From Dehalococcoidia bacterium (GTDB taxonomy: Bacteria > Chloroflexota > Dehalococcoidia > Dehalococcoidales > UBA3254), in assembly GCA_025361145.1 (NCBI GenBank), contig JANYAV010000015.1, positions 38,699 through 102,698 of the forward strand: a stretch of DNA of 64,000 bases. Reading direction: 5' to 3'. Each line of letters begins with the position of its first letter. Position 1 is the stretch's first letter. Below are positions 56,847 to 64,000 of this stretch, piece after piece. The notes under the pieces are model-generated. The model made no database searches. It saw only the letters and a program-made list of their open reading frames with translations, and was not told the DNA's origin. A program made the translations under genes and the position numbers.

Positions 56847-57137
56847 TCAGACCGCCAGTATCTCGATTTCGTAGTTCATGAACTCAAAGTCGCCCTGGCT
56901 TTTGACGACCATGTCGACCGCTTTGGATAAGTCCTCGTTGGTGAAGCGCTGATCGTTGCTGACAAAACAAATTCCTATAGTGGCTAGCTGCCACAAATCA
57001 TTATCTTCAACTTCAGCGACTGAGACATTGAATTTGTTTTTCAAACGCGCAGTGACGGATTTAACCACCTGTCTTTTGCCTTTAAGAGAGAGGTTATCCG
57101 GCAGCCCCAGTTTGATTTTACAGATGCCGACATTCAC
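56847..57137 (-). CDS. DUF503 (YlxP-like) protein
   Basis: NVGICKIKLGLPDNLSLKGKRQVVKSV. GTG start. Confidence 0.85.
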   Translation of the reverse strand: MNVGICKIKLGLPDNLSLKGKRQVVKSVTARLKNKFNVSVAEVEDNDLWQLATIGICFVSNDQRFTNEDLSKAVDMVVKSQGDFEFMNYEIEILAV

Positions 57138-57170
57138 CCTTTAATTATAGCTGAAGGGCTTTTAGAATGT

Positions 57171-57464
57171 CTAAACGGGTTTTTTCTGTTTGGTGTAACA
57201 CTCGCGGCAGAAGACCGGGCGGCCTTCGGTGGGTTCGAAGGGGACCTGGGTTTCTGCGCCGCAATCGGCACAGGTTACTGTGTGCATCTCGCGTGGACGG
57301 CTGGCATCGGTTTTCCGACTATGGCGGTGGGTTACCCGGCATTGGGGGCAGCGGCTGGGATCATTTTGCAAACCATGAGTTGAATAGAATTCCTGTTCCC
57401 CAGCGGTAAACAAGAAATCTTGTCCGCAATCACGACAGCGAAGGGTTTTCTCTTCAAACACCAT
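57171..57464 (-). CDS. CxxC...CxxC double zinc-ribbon protein (paralog 2)
   Basis: LRCRDCGQDFLFTAGEQEFY...CPQC...CADCGAETQVPFEPTEGRPVFCREC. Confidence 0.8.
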   Translation of the reverse strand: MVFEEKTLRCRDCGQDFLFTAGEQEFYSTHGLQNDPSRCPQCRVTHRHSRKTDASRPREMHTVTCADCGAETQVPFEPTEGRPVFCRECYTKQKKPV

Positions 57465-57466
57465 CA

Positions 57467-57513
57467 GACTGCACCTCCTTGTCTATACTGTGTCCCTTGA
57501 TTCCGGTGCAGTC
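57467..57513 (-). promoter_or_regulatory. SD-sequestering hairpin in the 5' leader of zinc-ribbon paralog 2
   Basis: mRNA: GACTGCACC-29 nt-GGTGCAGTCtgATG. The 3' arm starts inside aaGGAGGTG. Confidence 0.5.
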
Positions 57514-57592
57514 CGAGTTCCTTAAACCCCTGGTTAGATCAGGTAGAGGATGGAAACCCTGGGCCCAAGCATATATACGGCTGACCAGGATG

Positions 57593-57630
57593 ATTGACAC
57601 TTAGCTATATATTATACACCTTGTGTCAAT
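57593..57630 (-). promoter_or_regulatory. 8-bp inverted repeat ATTGACAC/GTGTCAAT bracketing a TATAAT box
   Basis: Minus strand: ATTGACACaaggtgTATAATatatagctaaGTGTCAAT. Confidence 0.4.
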
Positions 57631-57690
57631 AGAGATATACGCATAGGTGCATACATTGCGGTGAATACCTGGGAAGGCTAGTTAGAGCTT

Positions 57691-59136
57691 TTAGACACGA
57701 GTTTTGGTCATTTTCAGACAGAGGATCTGACGGGTAGAGGGAGTGACCTTGACCCGTTCATCGACGCGGTAACCGGCGATCCAGACGATCTGCTGGGAGG
57801 TGTAAAAGATGGGGACATCGGGCCGCCACAATTTAGGGATGCGGGCATCCAGCATGAAAAGGGCCACTTTCTTTTCCTGATCCATACCCAAAGGTTGAAA
57901 GCGGTCTCCCCTTTTTAAAGGTCTTATGCTGATGCTTTTGCCAACCTTCTGCCAGTCCAGATAGGCAGTGAAGGCATCCAGGTTTTCTGAGGTATTGCCG
58001 ACTTCAGTCAGCGGTTTGACTCTGGCTTCAATCCGCCAGCCGGGTAAATCAGTTTCACCCGGGATTACCAGCTCGCATTCTCCTTGCAATGCGGGGAAGG
58101 GAGACAGCTTCTCAGCCTGGGGCCCCAGCAAAAAGCGGTCGTATTCAATACAAAAAACCAGGCCTTCCGGGAGGTCGATGCTGCGGCCGGCCGGTTTAGT
58201 CAGGCCCTTGAGGACCTCCTCGATATGGCGGGTTTCGATGTCTTTCAAGGTTCCCAGCAGATTTTCAAACGCCTTGCGCAGCAGCTGGCGCTTTAAGGCT
58301 GGCGCCAGGGACAGAAAAGATTTCTTCTCAAAAATAAAAGTGCCTTTTTGTAGATGCACGACGCGCTTCCAGGCTTTTTTGGTCTCGGATTCCAGAAAAG
58401 CCAGATCGTCAGTCGCGATCCGGGAAATGCGGGCAAGTGAGTCTATAATGCCGTTATTATAATCTTTCAAGAGCGGCAGCAATTCATGACGTACCCGGTT
58501 GCGTAGAAAATCAATGGACTGGTTGCTGGAATCTGTTCTGGGCGATAACCTGTGCAGCTTGCAGTATGAGACGGTTTCCGCACGCTCCACTTCCAGCAGC
58601 GGGTGGACAACGGTTAATTTTTGATCTGCGAAGCTCAGGGTTTGAATTGGCTGGAGCCCGCGCAAGCCCCGCGTCCCGGAGCCCCGGATGATATGCAGCA
58701 AGATGGTTTCCGCCTGGTCGTTGAGAGTGTGGCCGGTGGCGACGCACTCCGCCCCGATTGAGTTGGCTGTTTCAGCCAGAAAGGTGTATCTGACCTCACG
58801 CGCAGCTTCTTCCAGGGAAAGGCGGTGGACTTTTTGATAGGCCTTGACTTCTCTTTTTTCGATGGTGGCGGGGATTCCCAGTTTTTGAGCCAGCTTAGCC
58901 ACGTATTCAGCGTCTTGTCTCGCTTCCGCGCCGCGCAGGGCATGGTTTAGATGGGCGATATGCAGTTCGATCTGAAGCTCTTTTTGTAGCTTGAAGAAAA
59001 TATGCAGAAGACAGACAGAATCAGGCCCACCTGAAACGGCCAGCAGGACTTTTTGGCCCTGTTTAATCAAACCGCCTCTCTGGATATTCTTGAGCACGCG
59101 CTGCTCAAGAGGGATACTCTGCTTTCTGCTTGCCAT
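57691..59136 (-). CDS. tilS: tRNA(Ile)-lysidine synthase
   Basis: PP-loop LLAVSGGPDSVCLL. Confidence 0.92.
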   Translation of the reverse strand: MASRKQSIPLEQRVLKNIQRGGLIKQGQKVLLAVSGGPDSVCLLHIFFKLQKELQIELHIAHLNHALRGAEARQDAEYVAKLAQKLGIPATIEKREVKAYQKVHRLSLEEAAREVRYTFLAETANSIGAECVATGHTLNDQAETILLHIIRGSGTRGLRGLQPIQTLSFADQKLTVVHPLLEVERAETVSYCKLHRLSPRTDSSNQSIDFLRNRVRHELLPLLKDYNNGIIDSLARISRIATDDLAFLESETKKAWKRVVHLQKGTFIFEKKSFLSLAPALKRQLLRKAFENLLGTLKDIETRHIEEVLKGLTKPAGRSIDLPEGLVFCIEYDRFLLGPQAEKLSPFPALQGECELVIPGETDLPGWRIEARVKPLTEVGNTSENLDAFTAYLDWQKVGKSISIRPLKRGDRFQPLGMDQEKKVALFMLDARIPKLWRPDVPIFYTSQQIVWIAGYRVDERVKVTPSTRQILCLKMTKTRV

Positions 59137-59199
59137 AATACCTTATCTTAACAAATTAACCGTTTACTTTCATTAACCCCTGATAATCATAAATATAGC

Positions 59200-59937
59200 T
59201 TCAAAAGGTGACACCTTTTTCAAAGAGTAGTATAGTATGTTCTATGCCAGCAAAGAATTCAACCAAAATGTATGTTGAGGATGGTTATTATCATATTTAT
59301 AATCGTGGTGTTGAAAAGAGGAAAATCTTTTTGAATGACCAGGATTATGGGGTGTTCATTAATTATTTAAAAGAGTATCTGTCCCCGAAAGATAAAATGG
59401 AACTCTTGAAATCAGCGGACAAGCCTAATATTTCTTCAAAAGAAAGGGCACGGATAATAAGCAAACTACGCTTAAAAAACTATCATTCAGAGATCACGTT
59501 ATTGGCTTACTGCCTGATGCCAAATCACTTTCATCTATTTTTAAAGCAAAAGACCCCAGATGCTATTGATCGATTGATGAGTTCTCTCTGTACGCGATAT
59601 ACGATGTATTTCAATCGAAACCATAATAGGGTAGGCCCGCTGTACCAGGGTGTCTATAAAGCTGTTTTAATGACCAATGAAGCGCAATTCCTGCATATCA
59701 CGCGTTACATGCACTATCAGACCTTAGGCGATTCATCGAAAACTGGTCAGAGTTATCCTTCTTCTTACCCCGAGTATCTGGGCTTTAGAAAAACGGATTG
59801 GGTCCACCCTGCAGAAATATTAAGCTGTTTTACAAATAAAAATCCCCGGCTTTCCTACCAAACTTTTGTTTCTGAATACCGAGATGATATCGAGTCAAAT
59901 ATCGATATTTAGATTCAAAAGGTGGCACCTTTTTCAA
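59200..59937 (+). mobile_element. RAYT-type Y1 transposase gene bracketed by REP-like hairpins
   Basis: ttcaaaaggtgAcacctttttcaa (59200-59223) and ttcaaaaggtgGcacctttttcaa (59914-59937): 23/24 identical direct copies of an imperfect palindrome. Confidence 0.7.
59244..59912 (+). CDS. IS200/IS605-like Y1 (HUH) transposase, REP-associated (RAYT) type
   Basis: YYHIYNRG...AYCLMPNHFHLFL (HUH)...RVGPLYQGVYKA...RYMH. ATG 59244 preferred; the track GTG 59208 lies inside the hairpin. Confidence 0.85.
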   Translation: MPAKNSTKMYVEDGYYHIYNRGVEKRKIFLNDQDYGVFINYLKEYLSPKDKMELLKSADKPNISSKERARIISKLRLKNYHSEITLLAYCLMPNHFHLFLKQKTPDAIDRLMSSLCTRYTMYFNRNHNRVGPLYQGVYKAVLMTNEAQFLHITRYMHYQTLGDSSKTGQSYPSSYPEYLGFRKTDWVHPAEILSCFTNKNPRLSYQTFVSEYRDDIESNIDI

Positions 59938-60851
59938 GGTAAGGTGCTGGCCAGGAGTATGCCGTTGGCGTAATAGAAACCGGTGGATCCACTGGGCAGC
60001 AGATCAAAAGTGGCTTGGCCATCATAATTCAGAGACTCTATTCCGGTAACCGGACTGCCATTCAGAATATCTCCGATTCGATAATTTGCCAGAGGTTCCA
60101 ATTGGGCACTGGGGTGTCCGGGAGAGGTGGTGATGCTGCGACCGTCAGCCAGAGTAATCCTGACCACCTGAAAGTTAACGGGGACGGGCGTTTGACTGAT
60201 TTTTAAAATATGTTCTGCAACACGTGAACCGCAGCAATCAATCGACCAAACTGCCTGGCCGATTTGTAATTCTTCTACGGGTATTTCGCCGGATGGAGTG
60301 GCAATAAGCGTGCCTCGGGTTAAACAGATGGGGCAAGTATTAAAACTAACAGTCTCTTTAATAACTTTAATAATGCCCGCGGTGGAAATGGTCCCCTCAA
60401 TGGATTTACCCTGGTTTTGGCCTGTTCTGATAGTGAAAGTATAATGGTCACTTTCCGGTGTGAGAGTCAAAGCGCGGCTCAATTTTTTATGTTCGCGGTA
60501 GATAGTTAACTTTTGTTCGTCTGAATAAGTTGCCTGCTGAGCTAGGCCAGTTTGCTTCAAGATAGTTGAGAATTCGGCGGTGTCTGCCTGGATAGCGGCG
60601 AACTGTTCAAGAGCGTTGGCCTGTTCCTGTCCTTGACGGACGACCGGGTAGAAGTCAGGATCGCACCAGAAGTAATCAGGATAAGCCGTCAAAATTTTGT
60701 AAGCCAGGTCATAGCGAGAAAAACCAGTGGGGGATGTTGAACTGGCTGGAAGGGTCGAACTACTGGTGCTCGTGGCACCGCTACAGGCGGAAGGAAAAAA
60801 TGATAAAAAGATGATCAAAAAGAGCACCAGAGCCAGCTTTTTAGTCCACAT
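59934..60851 (-). CDS. Lipoprotein with C-terminal Hint (intein-like) domain
   Basis: MWTKKLALVLFLIIFLSFFPSAC lipobox after AAGGAG. CLTRGTLIATPSGEIPVEEL (block A-like), TTSPGHP (TxxH-like), FYYANGILLAST end. Confidence 0.7.
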   Translation of the reverse strand: MWTKKLALVLFLIIFLSFFPSACSGATSTSSSTLPASSTSPTGFSRYDLAYKILTAYPDYFWCDPDFYPVVRQGQEQANALEQFAAIQADTAEFSTILKQTGLAQQATYSDEQKLTIYREHKKLSRALTLTPESDHYTFTIRTGQNQGKSIEGTISTAGIIKVIKETVSFNTCPICLTRGTLIATPSGEIPVEELQIGQAVWSIDCCGSRVAEHILKISQTPVPVNFQVVRITLADGRSITTSPGHPSAQLEPLANYRIGDILNGSPVTGIESLNYDGQATFDLLPSGSTGFYYANGILLASTLP

Positions 60852-60977
60852 CGATTGCTCCTTGATAGCATTTGGCAGGATTCTCGATTTTATTATAACG
60901 CGAAAAGTCTGCAAATACTGCTTCAGTCAAGTTATGTGGATCAGTTGACACGAGAACAAGGATAATTCAGACGGAGC

Positions 60978-61592
60978 CTAAAGTTTGAGGTTATGGAAAC
61001 CATCATTGAAGAGTTCAAGGCGTGCGCTGACATCGTCTATGGTAAAGGAAGAAATTGTTCCATTGGTCAGTCTCAAGCGGGCCATTCGGTGCAGAGGCAG
61101 GTCTAAGACACGGCAGACCACAGCCATGATGACAAAATAGTGGGTGACCAGTACCAGTGTGCCGTTAGAGTACTGTGCCGTTAGACTGGTTATGGTTTCC
61201 CAGGCTCGCTTCTGGACGTCATCCATCGATTCCCCGCCGGGCGGTGTATGCACTTTCTTATCACGGCCGTTCCCGCAAATATACTCATCGAAACGCGGGG
61301 CAATTTCGGAGGCCAGACGTCCCTCCAGTATCCCGACTCTGATTTCCTTGAGAGAGGGCAGTTCCTGAACTGGCAGTTGATGTGTGGCGGCGATAGCCTG
61401 CGCGGTATTCAGGGCGCGTTGCAGCGGACTGGAAAAAATGGCTGCGATTTTTTCGTCCTTTAACCTGGTCGCCAGCGCCGAGGCCTGACGTTTACCATTA
61501 TCGTTTAAAGGCGTATCGCTTTCACCGCCCTGAATGCGTTTTACCAGATTCCAATCGGTCTCGCCGTGTCTAACCAGTATTATCTTAACCAA
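60978..61592 (-). CDS. Histidine phosphatase family protein (phosphoglycerate mutase-like)
   Basis: ILVRHGETDWN. Confidence 0.85.
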   Translation of the reverse strand: MVKIILVRHGETDWNLVKRIQGGESDTPLNDNGKRQASALATRLKDEKIAAIFSSPLQRALNTAQAIAATHQLPVQELPSLKEIRVGILEGRLASEIAPRFDEYICGNGRDKKVHTPPGGESMDDVQKRAWETITSLTAQYSNGTLVLVTHYFVIMAVVCRVLDLPLHRMARLRLTNGTISSFTIDDVSARLELFNDGFHNLKL

Positions 61593-61605
61593 TAGTGGAT
61601 TCCTT

Positions 61606-62253
61606 TCATTTAGACTGCAAAATCAATTGGGTGCGGTGGATGGATTGGGGGCGTTTAGCAAAGCCCAGAGCGGCGGCCACCTGCTCAGGCCGACCGGATC
61701 CCTGGCTGTTACACTGTAAAAGCATAGATAGCGAGCCTATCGGCGGCTGCCAATCGATCAATTTGAGATCAGCAATCAGTAAGCGGATATCATATTGGTG
61801 AGGGCCGGTGTCACGCATATGCTGCCAGGGTAAATGTTCCAAAGCCAGCATATTATCCAATGCGGCCTGTATATCGGCTGGGCCAGGCGCTGTTTCCACG
61901 TCAACTTTATATTCTGCCTGGTTAACCTGTGATTGCAGAGAGGGCAAATCCGGCGAGATGGGAAAAACTTTGTCCACCCGCAGACCCTGCGGAAGCTGCT
62001 GGTTTAAAGCTGAAACAAAGAATTGGGGAGCCACCCCCTTAGTAATGACGATATCCATCAGCTCTGCTTCGCTGGTTACTCCCAGAGGCAGAGGCGCTGC
62101 CAGAGATATGCGGGGATGGGGAGAAAAGCCGGTTGAATAAGCTATCTCGATTCCAGCCCGGTTAAAAGCCCTTTGCCATAATCTGACGATGTCCAGGTGG
62201 GAGATGAATTTGATTTCCTCTCCGCGGCTAAACTTAATCCGTAGTCGCTGCAT
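61606..62253 (-). CDS. TIGR03936/DUF2344 family protein
   Basis: RIKFSRGEEIKFISHLDIVRLWQRAFNRAGI...FSPHPRISLA. Confidence 0.8.
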   Translation of the reverse strand: MQRLRIKFSRGEEIKFISHLDIVRLWQRAFNRAGIEIAYSTGFSPHPRISLAAPLPLGVTSEAELMDIVITKGVAPQFFVSALNQQLPQGLRVDKVFPISPDLPSLQSQVNQAEYKVDVETAPGPADIQAALDNMLALEHLPWQHMRDTGPHQYDIRLLIADLKLIDWQPPIGSLSMLLQCNSQGSGRPEQVAAALGFAKRPQSIHRTQLILQSK

Positions 62254-63517
62254 TTTTGTCCTTTTTAACTAAAATTTCCTCTATCTTGTTTACATTCATG
62301 CGGGTGATGACCAGTTTAAGGTTCTTATATCTTAATTGCTCGCCGGTCTTGGGTATATGACCCAGGATTTTTAAAATAAAGCCAGCCACGGTCTCATAGT
62401 CTCCCTCAGGTAATATCACATCGGTCTCGTTATTTACATCCTCGATGCGCATATTACCCGAGATCTGGGTGGTGGAGTCATCAATAACCTCAAAGTCTTT
62501 ACCCATCTCGGCTAGCTCATCGTTAACGTCACCCACTATTTCTTCCACTAACTGGGTCAGGGTCACTATTCCGGAAGCCCCGCCGTATTCGTCTATAACC
62601 ACACATAAATGGTAGTTTTTAGCCCGCATTTCGGCCAGAATTTCGCTGATATGTTTGGTCTCAGGAGCGAAATAAGGAGGTCTTACCAGACTATCAATGT
62701 TACGAGTCAAATCACAAGTTCCCTGCCCCTGCGCTAGAGCCATCAGGACGTCTTTTGCTGAAAGGACGCCGATCACATTGTCCCGTCTCTCACTAAAAAC
62801 CGGATAGCGGTTAAGGGGATGTTGCTGATATAGGATAAAGAAATCAGACATGATAGTGCCTTTTTCCACCCAAACCACTTCAGTACGAGGGACCATGATG
62901 TCTTTAGCGGGCCGGTCTCCAAAATCAAAAATCTTGTGCAGCATTTCCGCTTCGGCTGCCTCGACATTTCCATCCCGCTGACCGGCGGTGATCATGAATC
63001 GGATCTCCTCTTCTCCGATTAGAGAATGTCCCACAGGTTTGCCCCCGAAAAGCCTGCCGAAGCCGGTAGTGATCCAACTTAAGACTAAAACGAAAGGTGA
63101 AAATATCCAGGAAACTACTCTAACCGAGTTCGCTACTGCCAGTGAAATTTTTTCAGAATGTACCACAGCAGAAGTTTTGGGAATGGCATCTCCGAAAATT
63201 AAAAGGACGATTGTCAATAATATCGTGGATACCACAACACCCTTGCCTTCTCCCAATAATGAGACCGCTAGTGCTGTGCTTAAAGAGGCGGCGGCAGTGT
63301 TGACCAGGTTGTTGCCAAAGAGGATGGTGGACAGCAGACGCTCGGGATGTGCTTTCAGCCAGGCCACCAGTTTGGCGCCTTTGACGTTTTTTTGCACCAT
63401 GGCCTCCAGTTTGTAGCGCTGCAAAGACATAAAAGCGATCTCGGCGGCCGCAAAATACGCGGATAAAATGACCAGGATCACAATAATGACTATATAAACT
63501 ATCTCATGAGTCTGCAT
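62234..63517 (-). CDS. Hemolysin/CNNM-family protein (DUF21-CBS pair-CorC_HlyC)
   Basis: N-terminal TM domain, CBS pair, VIDEYGGASGIVT. Confidence 0.88.
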   Translation of the reverse strand: MQTHEIVYIVIIVILVILSAYFAAAEIAFMSLQRYKLEAMVQKNVKGAKLVAWLKAHPERLLSTILFGNNLVNTAAASLSTALAVSLLGEGKGVVVSTILLTIVLLIFGDAIPKTSAVVHSEKISLAVANSVRVVSWIFSPFVLVLSWITTGFGRLFGGKPVGHSLIGEEEIRFMITAGQRDGNVEAAEAEMLHKIFDFGDRPAKDIMVPRTEVVWVEKGTIMSDFFILYQQHPLNRYPVFSERRDNVIGVLSAKDVLMALAQGQGTCDLTRNIDSLVRPPYFAPETKHISEILAEMRAKNYHLCVVIDEYGGASGIVTLTQLVEEIVGDVNDELAEMGKDFEVIDDSTTQISGNMRIEDVNNETDVILPEGDYETVAGFILKILGHIPKTGEQLRYKNLKLVITRMNVNKIEEILVKKDKNAATTD

Positions 63518-63673
63518 TGATATGGCTCCTCAAACCATATTTGAATGATAACACCGCCAATAGGGTTAGTAAAGAATTTGAGATCGAGGGTTGTTTCCCC
63601 CTGCGACTATTTATTTTTCCTACGGTTCCTGCTAGTATGGTGATGATTTCTGGCTGATAAAATGTGGAGTAAA

Positions 63674-64000
63674 ATGAAAAAGATAGTCTCATTATTGACC
63701 ATTATATTAGCGATTGCCCTGATTTTACCGGGTTGTACCAGGGTGGGCAGTTCGATGAACGGTTCAGGAGTAATTAAAGATAGCGATCTTAAGCTTACGG
63801 GCTTTTCCGCCCTGCATATCGAAGGCCCCTTTATAGTGGAAGTTGTTCAGGCAGCGGATTATAAAGTCATGTTAAGCGTGGATGAAAATCTGGTAAACCG
63901 CGTAAAAGTCTCAATGGAACGCAAGACCCTGAATTTGAGTATTGAAGCCCCTGCTTCTTTCTTTCCCACCAGCTTGAAATTAAAAGTTGAGACGCCCGAG
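63674..64000 (+). CDS. Lipoprotein (DUF2807-like beta-rich domain), 3' truncated by the window
   Basis: My translation: MKKIVSLLTIILAIALILPGCTRVG... (lipobox LPGC). Open to the window end. Confidence 0.55.
   Translation, partial: MKKIVSLLTIILAIALILPGCTRVGSSMNGSGVIKDSDLKLTGFSALHIEGPFIVEVVQAADYKVMLSVDENLVNRVKVSMERKTLNLSIEAPASFFPTSLKLKVETPE

Noticed and set aside
59208-59243. GTG 59208 as the transposase start
   Set aside because: The codon lies inside the REP-like hairpin. ATG 59244 gives the family-typical N-terminus.
1-64000. Search by eye for tRNA, rRNA, tmRNA, RNase P, SRP RNA and CRISPR arrays in all spacers longer than 80 nt
   Set aside because: The spacers are AT-rich and short, and none shows cloverleaf-compatible stems or conserved boxes. 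This is a visual negative only and should be confirmed with tRNAscan-SE and Infernal.

Overview
This window is mostly dense, collinear housekeeping sequence. I count about 75 protein genes and see no rRNA, tRNA or CRISPR array by eye. The source looks like a mid-GC bacterium with strong GGAGG-type Shine-Dalgarno sites and anaerobe-style gene content (rubrerythrin, iron-sulfur flavoprotein, EFR1 ferredoxin, C_GCAxxG_C_C protein, nitroreductase). A Chloroflexota/Dehalococcoidia-like origin is only a guess. Recognisable blocks are: menaquinone genes with secG-gatB; cca, rbr, tsaE-tsaB, ndk, rsfS and ftsH; a purine-salvage cluster (hpt, ade and a further phosphoribosyltransferase); rlmN; glnS-gltX; rluD-lspA-dksA; pyrD; ybeY; hemW-lepA; nusA-ylxR-infB-rbfA-truB; lgt-ftsY; a YprA/MrfA-type DUF1998 helicase; and tilS. 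I found no clear multi-gene novel defence or secretion system. The observations I rate highest are: (1) A dispersed intergenic element family, placed mainly just after stop codons. It combines a CAGGG/G-tract module with arrays of 4-7 heptads that each begin with CT in strict 7-nt phase. Copies lie near 17.1, 44.2, 45.05, 47.35-47.48 and 54.4 kb, with weaker ones elsewhere. (2) Two paralogous CxxC zinc-ribbon genes whose Shine-Dalgarno sites are each sequestered by a 9-bp hairpin. The two hairpins have different but mutually compensating sequences. (3) A small AT-rich accessory islet at about 45.7-49.3 kb. It holds a DUF3883 nuclease-like gene abutting a truncated RelE/ParE toxin remnant, a degenerate HNH-like zinc-finger protein, and a HicB-like gene with an unrecognised small partner. 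(4) A RAYT-type Y1 transposase bracketed by near-identical REP-like hairpins. (5) A lipoprotein with a C-terminal Hint (intein-like) domain. (6) Two tandem TACCC-N5-GGGTA palindromes overlapping a promoter. All functional calls come from motif recognition in the supplied translations. No database search was possible.
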